A DNA stretch of 47,436 nt. Origin: an uncultured Bacilli bacterium (GTDB lineage Bacteria; Bacillota_I; Bacilli_A; RF39; UBA660). The position numbers were made by a program, and so were the translations under genes. Of this stretch, positions 26,436-35,849 are shown piece after piece (position 1 is the stretch's first letter; each line of letters begins with the position of its first letter). The stretch spans positions 1-47,436 of the forward strand of contig CALVXQ010000001.1 of the NCBI GenBank assembly GCA_944371435.1, in the 5' to 3' direction. Below the pieces are notes generated by a model, which searched no databases, was not told where the DNA came from, and saw nothing but the letters and a program-made list of their open reading frames with translations.

Positions 26436-27014
26436 ATGGTTAGTTTAATTTGGTTATTTTTAATTGCTTCAGGAATAATTTACTCTTTTTTTACAGGTAA
26501 TATGGCATTTATTAATAATGAAGTTTTAAATTCGGCTGAAGAGGCAATAAATTTAGTATTCACAATGGTACCTATTATACTTCTTTGGATGGGAGTAATG
26601 AATATAGCCGATAAGAGTGGTCTTCTTGATTTGTTTGCTAAAGTTTTATCTCCTTTCTTATCTAAGTTATTTACTAGTTTAAAAAAAGATAGTAAAGCTT
26701 TAGGGTATGTTGCTTCTAATATAGCTTGTAATGTTTTAGGATTAGGTTCTGTTGCTACTCCGTTTGGTTTAAAAGCAATGCAAGAGATGCAAAAAGAAAA
26801 TCCTAAGAAAGATGAAGCTAGCGAGGCTATGATTACATTTTTGGTTTTAAATACAGCTGGGGTTACTATTATACCTACCACAGTAATAGCGCTTCGTAAT
26901 TCATATGGAAGTCTAAATAGTACGGCTATTATTATTCCTAGTATTATTGGAACGGTTATTTCTTGTATAGCCGGTTTATCTTTAGATTACATAATAAGGA
27001 GTAGGAAAAAATGA
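26436..27014 (+). CDS. spmA: spore maturation protein A
   Basis: It can be aligned by eye with B. subtilis SpmA (GLLD.F....PF.SKLF, GLG..ATP.G.KAM.EM, MITFL.LNT...T.IPTTVIA.R). Confidence 0.8.
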   Translation: MVSLIWLFLIASGIIYSFFTGNMAFINNEVLNSAEEAINLVFTMVPIILLWMGVMNIADKSGLLDLFAKVLSPFLSKLFTSLKKDSKALGYVASNIACNVLGLGSVATPFGLKAMQEMQKENPKKDEASEAMITFLVLNTAGVTIIPTTVIALRNSYGSLNSTAIIIPSIIGTVISCIAGLSLDYIIRSRKK

Positions 27015-27520
27015 ATTATATTATCCCTTTAACAATATTAGGAATTATTATTTATGGAGCGTGTAAAAAGTGTAATACTTACGATTTATTTTTAGATGGT
27101 GCTAAAGAAGGTATTAGTACGATATTTAACATCTTACCATCTATTTTAGCTATGGTGTTTGCTGTTAATATATTTTTAAAAAGTGGTGTTTTGTATTATT
27201 TATTATCATTTTTAGAACCAATTTTAGAAGCCCATAATTTATCTTTAGAAATATTGGCGATGGCTTTTTTAAGACCCATTAGTGGTAGTGCTTCTTTAGC
27301 TATTTTAAATAGTATTTTTAGTATCTATGGGGTAGACTCATTTATGGGCTTTTTAGCTAGTGTTATGGAGGGTGCTACTGATACGACTGTATACGTTTTA
27401 GCATTATATTTTGGTAGCATTAAAATTACTAAGATAAAATATGCCTTAAAAGTAGGGCTATTTGCTGATTTATGTGGAATTATAGCAGCTTTTATTATTA
27501 GTTTAATATTTTTTAATTAG
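27011..27520 (+). CDS. spmB: spore maturation protein B
   Basis: It is a nucleoside-recognition/Gate-type membrane protein overlapping spmA by 4 nt. Synteny supports the call. Confidence 0.75.
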   Translation: MNYIIPLTILGIIIYGACKKCNTYDLFLDGAKEGISTIFNILPSILAMVFAVNIFLKSGVLYYLLSFLEPILEAHNLSLEILAMAFLRPISGSASLAILNSIFSIYGVDSFMGFLASVMEGATDTTVYVLALYFGSIKITKIKYALKVGLFADLCGIIAAFIISLIFFN

Positions 27521-27568
27521 TCCTTATAATTTAAGTCGTTTTATGATATTATACCGATAGGTGGTTAT

Positions 27569-28285
27569 ATGGAACGTTTACAAAAAATAATTGCGGAATC
27601 AGGTATTTGCTCTCGTCGTAAAGCAGAAGAATTAATTTTAGATGGTAAAGTAAAGGTTAATGGTAAAATTGTAACTACATTAGGAACGAAAGTTAGTAAT
27701 GATGATATTATTTTGGTTAATGATAAAAAGATTAAAGTAGAAAAAAAAGAATATTATTTATTAAATAAGCCTCGTAATTATATTTGTTCTTTAGAAGATG
27801 ATCGAAAACGTAAACTTGTTACAGAACTAATCGATACTAAAGCCCGTATTTATCCGGTAGGACGTTTAGACTATGATACAACTGGCTTAATTATTATGAC
27901 TAATGATGGAGCTTTAGCCAATATTTTAATGCATCCCAAAAATAAAGTAGAAAAGACATATTTAGCTAAAATAAAGCCTTGTTTGACGATGGAAGAATTG
28001 TTTACCTTAAAAAAGGGGATTGCTATTGATAATGTTGTGTGTTATCCTACACGGGTAAAAATTAAAAAGCATGATGCTAATAAGGATACTGATTTAGTTG
28101 AAATAACCATTCATGAAGGACGTAATCACATTATAAAGAATTTATTCAAAGAAATACATCATGATGTTTTAAAGTTAACAAGAACTAAATACGCTTTTTT
28201 AAGTATAGATAAATTACAATCGGGCGAATATCGTTATTTAACAAAAGAAGAGGTAAAAAAACTATATAGTTATCAAATTAAATAA
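27569..28285 (+). CDS. rluB: 23S rRNA pseudouridine synthase RluB (RsuA family)
   Basis: The S4 domain is RLQKIIAESGICSRRKAEELI..GKV.VNG. The catalytic motif is GRLDYDTTGL. The motif EGRNH.I is also present. Synteny after spmB supports the call. Confidence 0.85.
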   Translation: MERLQKIIAESGICSRRKAEELILDGKVKVNGKIVTTLGTKVSNDDIILVNDKKIKVEKKEYYLLNKPRNYICSLEDDRKRKLVTELIDTKARIYPVGRLDYDTTGLIIMTNDGALANILMHPKNKVEKTYLAKIKPCLTMEELFTLKKGIAIDNVVCYPTRVKIKKHDANKDTDLVEITIHEGRNHIIKNLFKEIHHDVLKLTRTKYAFLSIDKLQSGEYRYLTKEEVKKLYSYQIK

Positions 28286-28290
28286 AATGT

Positions 28291-28321
28291 AAAGTTGTTA
28301 AATGTTAATAACTTTTTTTTA
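28291..28321 (+). terminator. rho-independent terminator
   Basis: AAGTTGTTAA, then loop atg, then TTAATAACTT (one mismatch), followed by T8. Confidence 0.6.
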
Positions 28322-28385
28322 GTATTTATTTACAATATTTTTTATTTATAGTATTATTTAACTGATAAATAAGGAGTAAGATAGT

Positions 28386-29300
28386 ATGAAACATTATAGC
28401 GTATTACTTAATGAATCTATTGAAGGACTAAATCTTAAAGAGGATGGAATATATGTTGATGCAACTTTAGGATTAGGGGGACATTCTAAAGAAATATTAA
28501 AGAAAATTCCCAAAGGACATTTATATGCTTTTGATGAAGATATTAGAGCTTTAGATTATGCTCAAAATATTTTGAAAGAAGTTGGTTCTAATTTTACTTT
28601 AATAAAATCTAATTTTGTTTTTCTTAAAGAAGAATTAAATAAAAGAGGTATTACTAAGATAGATGGGATTCTTTTTGATTTAGGTGTTTCTTCTCCTCAA
28701 ATCGATAATCCTGAACGTGGTTTTAGTTTTATGAACGATGCTAATTTAGATATGCGAATGGATGAATCACAAAGTTTAAGTGCCTATAATGTTGTTAATG
28801 AGTATAGTTATAATAAATTGGTAGATATTTTCTTTAAATATGGGGAAGAAAATTTATCGAAAGTAATCGCTCAAAAAATAGTTGATAATCGTCCAATTAA
28901 AACGACATTAGAATTAGTTAATATTATTAAATTAGCTGTTGGTAATAAATATTTTAATTTACATCATCCGGAAAGAAAAATATTTCAAGCTATTAGAATT
29001 GAAGTTAATAAAGAATTAGAAGTTTTAGAAAAAGTTTTACCGGACGCAATTGATTTATTGAAGTCAAATGGTAGAATTGTTGTTATTACTTTTCATTCTT
29101 TAGAAGATAGGATTGTAAAAAATACTTTTAAGAAATATAGTAGTATTGATGATTTAGTAAAAGGGTTACCTAATATACCAGAGTCTTATAAACCGGTGTT
29201 AAAGTTGATTAATAAAAAGCCTATTTTACCAAGTGCTATTGAATTAGAACAAAATTCGCGTAGTAAAAGTGCTAAACTAAGAATAGGGGAAAAAATATGA
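28386..29300 (+). CDS. rsmH: 16S rRNA (cytosine1402-N4)-methyltransferase
   Basis: HYSVLL.E....L, DATLGLGGHS, FDLGVSSPQ.D and RGFSF are present. Confidence 0.95.
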   Translation: MKHYSVLLNESIEGLNLKEDGIYVDATLGLGGHSKEILKKIPKGHLYAFDEDIRALDYAQNILKEVGSNFTLIKSNFVFLKEELNKRGITKIDGILFDLGVSSPQIDNPERGFSFMNDANLDMRMDESQSLSAYNVVNEYSYNKLVDIFFKYGEENLSKVIAQKIVDNRPIKTTLELVNIIKLAVGNKYFNLHHPERKIFQAIRIEVNKELEVLEKVLPDAIDLLKSNGRIVVITFHSLEDRIVKNTFKKYSSIDDLVKGLPNIPESYKPVLKLINKKPILPSAIELEQNSRSKSAKLRIGEKI

Positions 29301-29587
29301 TGAAGAAAAAGAAGAAAAATACGTTAGAAAAGTTTATTTTATTTTTAATACTTATTAGTATTATCGCTATACCACTTGTTCGAGTTGTTACTATGGCTGA
29401 GTTGTCTGAATCTAATATTGAAGTTGAAAGATTAGAAAATGCGATAAAAGAACAAGAAAGTCTTAATGAATCGATAATTATGCAAATAAATGAATTAGCT
29501 TCTTTAGATAAAATAAGAGAGTATGCTAGTGAAGCTGGTTTATCTTATAAAAATAATAATTTTAAAACAATAAGTGCAGGTGAATGA
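29297..29587 (+). CDS. ftsL: cell division protein FtsL
   Basis: The small bitopic protein has a basic N-terminus, one transmembrane helix and a coiled coil. It sits in the canonical slot between rsmH and the division PBP, and overlaps both neighbours by 4 nt. Confidence 0.6.
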   Translation: MMKKKKKNTLEKFILFLILISIIAIPLVRVVTMAELSESNIEVERLENAIKEQESLNESIIMQINELASLDKIREYASEAGLSYKNNNFKTISAGE

Positions 29588-31725
29588 TGAAGAAAGCTAA
29601 GACAATTGAATTTAATTTTTTTACCTATCTTTTAATATTTGTAATAATAGTTGCTTTTATTGCTATAATCCTTAAATTGTCTTATGTTAATACTTTTAAG
29701 ATTGTTGATGGAATTGATTTAGAAGCATTTGCTAATAATCGGAATACAACTACTAAGACTTTATATGCTACAAGAGGAACTATTTATGATTCAAATGGTG
29801 AATATTTAGCTCAGACAGTAAATTCTTATACAGTTATTGCTTATTTAGCAGAATCTCGTACTACTGATATGAATAATCCTCAACATGTTGTAGATAAAGA
29901 ATTAACAGCTGAAAAATTAAGTGAAGTATTTTTAAAACATAATATTACATCGATGAGTAAAGAATATATTTTATCTTTATTAAATCAAGAAAATAGATAT
30001 CAAGTAGAACTAGGACCTGGTGGTAGGGATATAACAGAAATAATAAAGGTTGAGATAGAAAACTTGAATTTACCAGGAATAGATTTTATTAGTTCTTCAA
30101 AAAGATATTACCAAATGGGCGATTTTGCATCTTATTTAGTTGGTTATACTTTGAAAGATGATGCTGGAAAAGTTACTGGAAAGATGGGTATCGAATCATA
30201 TTATAATCAAGAATTAGCTGGTAAAGATGGTCAAACTTCTTATCAGACGGATACTTATGGTTATAAATTACCAAACTCTAAAGAAGTTACTGATGAAGCT
30301 GTAGCTGGTGCTAATATATATTTAACGATTGATAATAATATTCAGTTATTTGTTGAGCAAGAATTAAAAGATTTAGCCGAAAATTATGAAATGAGTTGGG
30401 CTACTTTAACAGTTGCTGATGCTAAAACTGGTGCTATATTAGCATCGGGGTCTGTTCCTTCTTTTGACCCTAATAAGTTAAATATTACTAATTATTTAAA
30501 TCCTTTAGTATCTTATGCTTATGAACCAGGTTCTACTATGAAAATATTTTCTTTTATGGCTGCAATGGAGGCTGGAATATATGATGGTAATAAAACTTAT
30601 CAATCTGGAACCATTCAAGTTGATGATGCCACTATTAAAGATTTTAATACGGTAGGTTGGGGAGAAATAACTTTTGATTCTGGATTTGCTTATTCTTCTA
30701 ATGTTGCTGCTACTAACTTAGCTCTAGAATTAGGACGAGATAGGTTAATAAGTTTCTATGAAAAATGTGGTTTTGGGGCTTTAACTAATATTACTTTGCC
30801 AGATGAAGTAGCAGGTGATATTGATGTTGTTTATAAAACGGAATTGGCAACTGCATCATTTGGTCAAGGAATAACTACAACGCCGATTCAAAATATTCAA
30901 GCACTGACAATGTTAGCCAATGATGGTGTGATGTTAAATCCTTATATTGTGGAAAAAATAGTCGATCCTAATACTAATGAAGTATTATATGAAGGTAAAA
31001 AAGAAGAACTTGGCCAGATAGTATCTGTTGCAACTGCTGAAAAAATGCGTAGCTTAATGTATGATGTTGTTTATTCTGGAAAAACTGATGCTAGTATGTT
31101 TAAACCTGATACGATTGAGATTATTGGTAAAACTGGTACAGCTCAGATAGCCAATCCTAATGGGGGAGGTTATTTAACTGGAACTTATGATTATGTTCGT
31201 AGTTTTGCTACTTTATTTCCGGCTGATGAGCCCCAGTATATACTATACTTTTCAGTTAAACAATTCCAAGGGCCTTTTAAAGAGGTAACTCAAGCTATTG
31301 CCGATATAATTGATGAGATAGCTAAATATAAGAATTTAGTAGAAGCCGTAAGTAGTGATCAATCTAAGATTTATTTAATGGATAATTTTTTGAATTTAGA
31401 TACTACTAAATCCTTAGAAAAATTAAAAAATCTTAATTTAAGAATAATTACTATGGGAGATGGTAATGTCATAACTAAGCAGTATCCTAATGAAGGTGGT
31501 GAAGTAATTAATGGTTCATTAATCATCTTTAAAACTAATAGTAATAATTATATTATGCCTGATTTAACTAACTTTACCAGAAGTGAAGTAGTAACATTTT
31601 GCAATTTTATAGGTATAAATTATAAAATAACTGGGGAAGGTTTAGTTAGTGCTACTAGTATACCCGTAGGAAGTCCTATCGATTTAAATACAACTTTAGA
31701 AATAACTTTAACTAGTACTAATTAA
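29584..31725 (+). CDS. pbpB: class B penicillin-binding protein (PBP2B/FtsI) with C-terminal PASTA-like repeats
   Basis: It has an N-terminal anchor and a dimerisation domain. The catalytic motifs are SxxK (GSTMKIF), SSN (YSSNV) and KTG (GKTGTA). Confidence 0.9.
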   Translation: MMKKAKTIEFNFFTYLLIFVIIVAFIAIILKLSYVNTFKIVDGIDLEAFANNRNTTTKTLYATRGTIYDSNGEYLAQTVNSYTVIAYLAESRTTDMNNPQHVVDKELTAEKLSEVFLKHNITSMSKEYILSLLNQENRYQVELGPGGRDITEIIKVEIENLNLPGIDFISSSKRYYQMGDFASYLVGYTLKDDAGKVTGKMGIESYYNQELAGKDGQTSYQTDTYGYKLPNSKEVTDEAVAGANIYLTIDNNIQLFVEQELKDLAENYEMSWATLTVADAKTGAILASGSVPSFDPNKLNITNYLNPLVSYAYEPGSTMKIFSFMAAMEAGIYDGNKTYQSGTIQVDDATIKDFNTVGWGEITFDSGFAYSSNVAATNLALELGRDRLISFYEKCGFGALTNITLPDEVAGDIDVVYKTELATASFGQGITTTPIQNIQALTMLANDGVMLNPYIVEKIVDPNTNEVLYEGKKEELGQIVSVATAEKMRSLMYDVVYSGKTDASMFKPDTIEIIGKTGTAQIANPNGGGYLTGTYDYVRSFATLFPADEPQYILYFSVKQFQGPFKEVTQAIADIIDEIAKYKNLVEAVSSDQSKIYLMDNFLNLDTTKSLEKLKNLNLRIITMGDGNVITKQYPNEGGEVINGSLIIFKTNSNNYIMPDLTNFTRSEVVTFCNFIGINYKITGEGLVSATSIPVGSPIDLNTTLEITLTSTN

Positions 31726-31763
31726 AGTAAGTATTATGTATATAATAATAGTATCTATTATAC

Positions 31764-32954
31764 GTGAATTATGATATATTAGATATAAGAAAGAAGGTCG
31801 AAATAGCAATGAATAATCAGAATAAACATAATGATTTGAATATATCAGGATTAAATCAAGTTATAAAATTGTCGAAAAAGATATTGAATTTAATATATAT
31901 CGTAATGATATTTGGAGTTATCTTTTTAATAACATTATTAATAAAAGAATGGGGAATATTAGAATTTATCCTAACTATTCTAAGAATCGCTACACCGTTT
32001 TTTATCGGTTTTATAATTGCATGGTTATTTAATCCTTTTGTTAAATACTTAGAATCACGAGGATGGCGACGTGGGGTTGCATCTCTTACTATATATTTAG
32101 TATTTATTGTTTTAATGTTTACTTTTGTAAGTTTTCTAATTCCTACTATTTATAATCAGTTAAATGATTTAATCGCTTCTTTATCGAGTATTTATGGCAG
32201 TGTTAGAGAATGGATTACTAGTATTCTAAATAATTTTAATAGCAATAATATGTATGATGTTGCTCAAATAGAAAGTAATATTTTTAAAGCAATTGAAGAA
32301 TTCTTCTCTAGTGTAACTAATAATTTACCAAGTTTATTTTTAACTACTATTGCTTCATTATTTAGTGGTATTGGTACGATTGCAATATCTTTAGTTGTTG
32401 GTATTTATCTTTTATTTGACTTCGATAATGCTAGTTATCATCTTTTAAAATATATTCCTAGTCCTTATAAAGAAGAAATAAATACTTTATTAACTGATAT
32501 TGGAACAGAATTAAGAAAATGTGTTAAAGGAACTTTATTAATTGCTTTTGCTGTATTTGTTTTAGATTCAATTGGGTTTGCTATTGCTGGTTTAAAAGCA
32601 CCATTATTATTTGGTGTATTATGTGGTATAACTGATTTAATTCCTTATATTGGCCCTTATATTGGTGGTGCAGCAGCTGTTATAGTAGGTTATTCACAAG
32701 GCCCTTTAATTGGTACAGCAGTATTAATAATCGCTACTTTAGTTCAATTACTAGAAAATTATGTTTTGCAACCAGTAGTAATGAGTAAGACAATGCAATT
32801 ACATCCGGTTACAATTATTATTGGCTTATTAATTTTTGGCCATTTCTTTGGTATTGTTGGTATGATTCTAGCAACTCCTGTTATGTCTTTAGTAAAAGTT
32901 GTATATCGTTTCTTTGCTAAAAAATATGGTTGGTTTAACGTTGATACAGAGTAA
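31764..32954 (+). CDS. AI-2E family (PerM/YueF-like) transporter
   Basis: It is polytopic and carries the C-terminal family motif DLIPYIGPYIGG...LLENYVLQP.VMS. The start is uncertain: GTG 31764 lacks a ribosome-binding site, and ATG 31809 is the alternative. Confidence 0.8.
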   Translation: MNYDILDIRKKVEIAMNNQNKHNDLNISGLNQVIKLSKKILNLIYIVMIFGVIFLITLLIKEWGILEFILTILRIATPFFIGFIIAWLFNPFVKYLESRGWRRGVASLTIYLVFIVLMFTFVSFLIPTIYNQLNDLIASLSSIYGSVREWITSILNNFNSNNMYDVAQIESNIFKAIEEFFSSVTNNLPSLFLTTIASLFSGIGTIAISLVVGIYLLFDFDNASYHLLKYIPSPYKEEINTLLTDIGTELRKCVKGTLLIAFAVFVLDSIGFAIAGLKAPLLFGVLCGITDLIPYIGPYIGGAAAVIVGYSQGPLIGTAVLIIATLVQLLENYVLQPVVMSKTMQLHPVTIIIGLLIFGHFFGIVGMILATPVMSLVKVVYRFFAKKYGWFNVDTE

Positions 32955-32981
32955 TCCTACTTGTTAAAGTAGGAAATTTTT
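32955..32981 (+). terminator. rho-independent terminator
   Basis: TCCTACT, then loop tgttaa, then AGTAGGA, followed by aaTTTTT. Confidence 0.65.
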
Positions 32982-33028
32982 CTATACTTTAATATATATT
33001 TATCTTATAATGATTATAGGAGATTAAT

Positions 33029-34174
33029 ATGAAAAAAATAACAATATTAACTGAAGATTTAGGATATGGGGGTATTGAAAAAAGTTTATGTACTTTAGCT
33101 AATTATCTTGCTTCCTTTGCTAATGTAGAAGTGGTTTCTTTATACAAGATATATGAAGAACCAGCTTTTTTACTTGATTCTAAAGTAAATATAAAATATT
33201 TAACAGAATTAAAACCTAATAAATTAGATATAACTTATAATTTAAAAAATCTTAAATTATTTTCTTTTTTCTTAGCTATTATTAATTATACAAGAATAAA
33301 AATTAAGTCTCGTAAAGCTTTACTTGATTTTATTACGATATGTGATAGCGATATTATAATAAGTACTAATCGCGTTTTAAATAAATACTTAGGTAATTAT
33401 AAAAAAGATGAAGTAAACGCTATTGCATGGGAACATTTACATCATCATGATAATATTGAATATGTTAAACTTTTAGTAAAGTCTTTAAAAAATATTAATA
33501 CATTAGTTGTTTTAAGTAAGAGTCTAGCTGATTATTATAAAAATTATTTTGCTGAAAACAATATTAATTGTTCTGTAGAATATATACCTGATATTTTAGA
33601 TGAGATACCAACTGAATATACAAATTATAAAAATAATAATTTGATTGCTGTTGGTAAGATGACTCCTCGTAAGGGATTTGAAGATTTAATAACTGTATTC
33701 AAATTAGTAGAATTAAATACTAATGATGTTTATTTGAATTTAGTTGGTGATGGAGTTTCTAAAAATAAGGTATTTAAGAAAGTAGTAGATAATAATTTAA
33801 CTCGTAAAGTACATATGTATGGTTATTTGCCTCAAAAGAGTATTAATAAATTATATAAAGATTCTAGTATATTTTGTATGACTAGTCATACTGAGGCATT
33901 TGGTATTACATTGATAGAAGCTATGAGTTATAAATTACCTGTAATTGCTTTTGATTCTGCTGAAGGAGCTAGAGAATTAATTAAAAATAATTATAATGGT
34001 TATCTAATAAAAAATCGTAATGAACATGAAATGGCTAATAAAATAGTTGAATTATTAAATAATAAAAAAGAATTAAAAAGATTGGGAGAAAATGCTTATA
34101 AAACAGCTTTGAATTATCAAAAAGATAAAGTTTTAAATCTCTGGTCTAAATTATTAGAACTAGATAAAAAGTAA
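33029..34174 (+). CDS. GT4-family glycosyltransferase
   Basis: The GT-B C-domain motif is SHTEAFGITLIEAMSYKLPVIAF.SAEGARELI (E-x7-E). Confidence 0.85.
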   Translation: MKKITILTEDLGYGGIEKSLCTLANYLASFANVEVVSLYKIYEEPAFLLDSKVNIKYLTELKPNKLDITYNLKNLKLFSFFLAIINYTRIKIKSRKALLDFITICDSDIIISTNRVLNKYLGNYKKDEVNAIAWEHLHHHDNIEYVKLLVKSLKNINTLVVLSKSLADYYKNYFAENNINCSVEYIPDILDEIPTEYTNYKNNNLIAVGKMTPRKGFEDLITVFKLVELNTNDVYLNLVGDGVSKNKVFKKVVDNNLTRKVHMYGYLPQKSINKLYKDSSIFCMTSHTEAFGITLIEAMSYKLPVIAFDSAEGARELIKNNYNGYLIKNRNEHEMANKIVELLNNKKELKRLGENAYKTALNYQKDKVLNLWSKLLELDKK

Positions 34175-34183
34175 ATTTATCAA

Positions 34184-34344
34184 CTTTGCTTACTGGACGC
34201 AAGCCTGCTTGGCTGGCAACCTGAACACTGTTTACACCAACTAGGTACTGAAAGAACTCGACTGCAATAGTGGAGTCAGTGTTGAAATCAACTGGCGACA
34301 TAACCCAATAAGAATCATTTTGGTGAGTATTAGTAAATCGATTC
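34184..34344. repeat. GC-enriched about 160-nt intergenic element, copy A (candidate structured ncRNA or modular dispersed repeat)
   Basis: With 44635-44797 it shares the plus-strand 5' end CTTTGCTTAC(T/C)GGACGC(A/C)AGCC and 3' end GGCGACATA(A/G)CCCAATAAGAA(T/A)CATTT(T)GGTGA(G/T)TATTAGTAAATCGATTC. The roughly 90-nt middle is not alignable. GC is about 43% by hand count, in very AT-rich surroundings. It lies between the convergent GT4 and ftsW genes. Confidence 0.6.
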
Positions 34345-34363
34345 ATATATCCGTTGGCAAATA

Positions 34364-35449
34364 TTAATTGTTTTTATTAACGTTTAAAATAATACCAATA
34401 CTTGCCATTGATACTAGAAGGCTTGAACCACCATATGATAAGAATGGTAGAGTTACACCTGTAACGGGTATTAAGCCAACTACGACACATAAATTTAAAA
34501 TTGCTTGAATTAAGATTTCAAATGCTAGACCAAATACTAAGTATTTAGCAAATAAGTTACTTGATTTTAAAGATATTTTAATTGAGCGGATAAAAATAGT
34601 AAATAACAAACTAGTTACAATAAGTATTCCTAGAAAGCCGAGTTCTTCTGAAATTATGGAAAAGATAAAATCAGTTTGTGGTTCTGGCAAGTAAAAATGT
34701 TTTTGAATGGAATTTCCAAGTCCCATTCCTAAAAGTCCTGATGGTCCGATTGCATACAAACTTTGAATGATTTGAAAACCACTACCTAAAGGGTCTGACC
34801 AAGGATTTATAAAAGATATTATTCTTGCTAGGCGATACGGAGCAATAATTATTAAACCAACAATACCAATAAGTCCTAAAATACCACATTTAATAAAGAA
34901 TGAAAGTTTAGCTCCCGATATAAATATTATCATAATTAAAGTGATGATTATTACCATTCCTTGGCCAAAATCTGGTTCGAGCATGATTAAACCAAAAAAT
35001 AAGAATATTATTCCTAGAATGGGAAATAAACCTTTAACTACATTTTTTACTTCCGCATCATTATTAGCTAAGTATTTAGATACAAAAATAATTAGGGCCA
35101 ATTTAGCAAATTCTGAAGGTTGCATACTAAATGAGTTAATACCAAACCAGGATCTAGAGCCATTACGAACAATCCCAATCCCGGGAATTAGCACTAGTAT
35201 TAGTAATGTTAAGGATATTAATAGTATTTTATTAGCATGTTTATAATACATCTTATAATCGATATTACTTAAAATGAACATAGTAATTAGACCTAATATA
35301 AAGAAAAGAGATTGATGTTTTACATATTTTAGTGGATCATTAAATTTATAACCAGCCCAAATATTACTTGCTGAATAAATCATTATGATTCCAAATATGG
35401 CTGTTATAATGACTGTTATTAATAAGATTTTATCTGTTTTTTTATTCAT
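34364..35449 (-). CDS. ftsW: SEDS-family peptidoglycan polymerase (FtsW/RodA/SpoVE)
   Basis: It is polytopic. The motifs are GSRSWF....S.QPSEFAKL, PEPQTDFIFS and LPFLSYGGSS. Confidence 0.9.
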   Translation of the reverse strand: MNKKTDKILLITVIITAIFGIIMIYSASNIWAGYKFNDPLKYVKHQSLFFILGLITMFILSNIDYKMYYKHANKILLISLTLLILVLIPGIGIVRNGSRSWFGINSFSMQPSEFAKLALIIFVSKYLANNDAEVKNVVKGLFPILGIIFLFFGLIMLEPDFGQGMVIIITLIMIIFISGAKLSFFIKCGILGLIGIVGLIIIAPYRLARIISFINPWSDPLGSGFQIIQSLYAIGPSGLLGMGLGNSIQKHFYLPEPQTDFIFSIISEELGFLGILIVTSLLFTIFIRSIKISLKSSNLFAKYLVFGLAFEILIQAILNLCVVVGLIPVTGVTLPFLSYGGSSLLVSMASIGIILNVNKNN

Positions 35450-35515
35450 AGTACCTCTCCATCTACTTAAATATATTCTTTAATATGGTAATTTTGACAT
35501 GTTAACCAAAATAGG

Positions 35516-35544
35516 TTGACACCTAAATTATTAAATGCTATACT
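35516..35544 (+). promoter_or_regulatory. sigma-A promoter for rpsP
   Basis: TTGACA (35516-35521), a 17-nt spacer, then TATACT (35539-35544). AAAGGAGGAG lies downstream. Confidence 0.65.
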
Positions 35545-35572
35545 AAGTAGGAATTAAAGGAGGAGAAGAATT

Positions 35573-35848
35573 ATGGCTGTTAAATTACGTTTAAAAAGAA
35601 TGGGTGCTAAACAAAAACCATTTTATCGTATAGTAGCTGCTGATTCACGTAATTCTCGTGATGGCAAGTTTATTGAAACAGTTGGAATATATAATCCAAT
35701 TAAGAAACCTCATGAATTATCAGTAAATGAAGAAAAAGCTTTATATTGGTTAAATAATGGTGCTCAACCAACTGATACAGTTAGAAATCTATTATCACAA
35801 GCTGGTGTAATGGCTAAATATGCTGCTGCTAAAAAGAAAGAGAAATAA
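35573..35848 (+). CDS. rpsP: 30S ribosomal protein S16
   Basis: [36 protein letters not shown] is present. Confidence 0.95.
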   Translation: MAVKLRLKRMGAKQKPFYRIVAADSRNSRDGKFIETVGIYNPIKKPHELSVNEEKALYWLNNGAQPTDTVRNLLSQAGVMAKYAAAKKKEK

Positions 35849-35849
35849 G

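Noticed and set aside
26480-26881. Antisense ORFs nested in longer genes: this one plus 2302-2553, 9598-9834, 10222-10434, 11348-11584, 14199-14402, 15135-15344, 18824-19015, 21601-21864, 22342-22560, 34941-35246, 35795-35986, 38543-38743, 44406-44594 and 45085-45396
   Set aside because: Each lies wholly inside a longer opposite-strand or overlapping gene with strong family motifs. Their products are low-complexity or hydrophobic artefacts of AT-rich antisense translation, and none has a ribosome-binding site. I treat them as spurious.
34184-34344. Possible SRP (4.5S/scRNA), 6S, T-box or riboswitch identity for the GC-rich element
   Set aside because: The minus strand of copy A contains CAGGU...AGCCAAGCAGG, which is superficially like SRP helix 8. 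It lacks the GGAA tetraloop context, and copy B has nothing comparable. There is no long 5'/3' closing helix as in 6S. There is no T-box (GGGUGGUACCGCG) or specifier features. Neither copy is consistently upstream of a gene. The class is left unassigned rather than forced.
34146-34346. 66-aa minus-strand ORF spanning intergenic element copy A, and the analogous 75-aa ORF at 44641-44868
   Set aside because: The two ORFs share only NRFTN.HQ. A 1-nt indel then shifts the frame, and the conserved 3' module is read in different frames in the two copies. There is no ribosome-binding site, and copy B has no start codon at the homologous position. The conservation is therefore at nucleotide level, not protein level.
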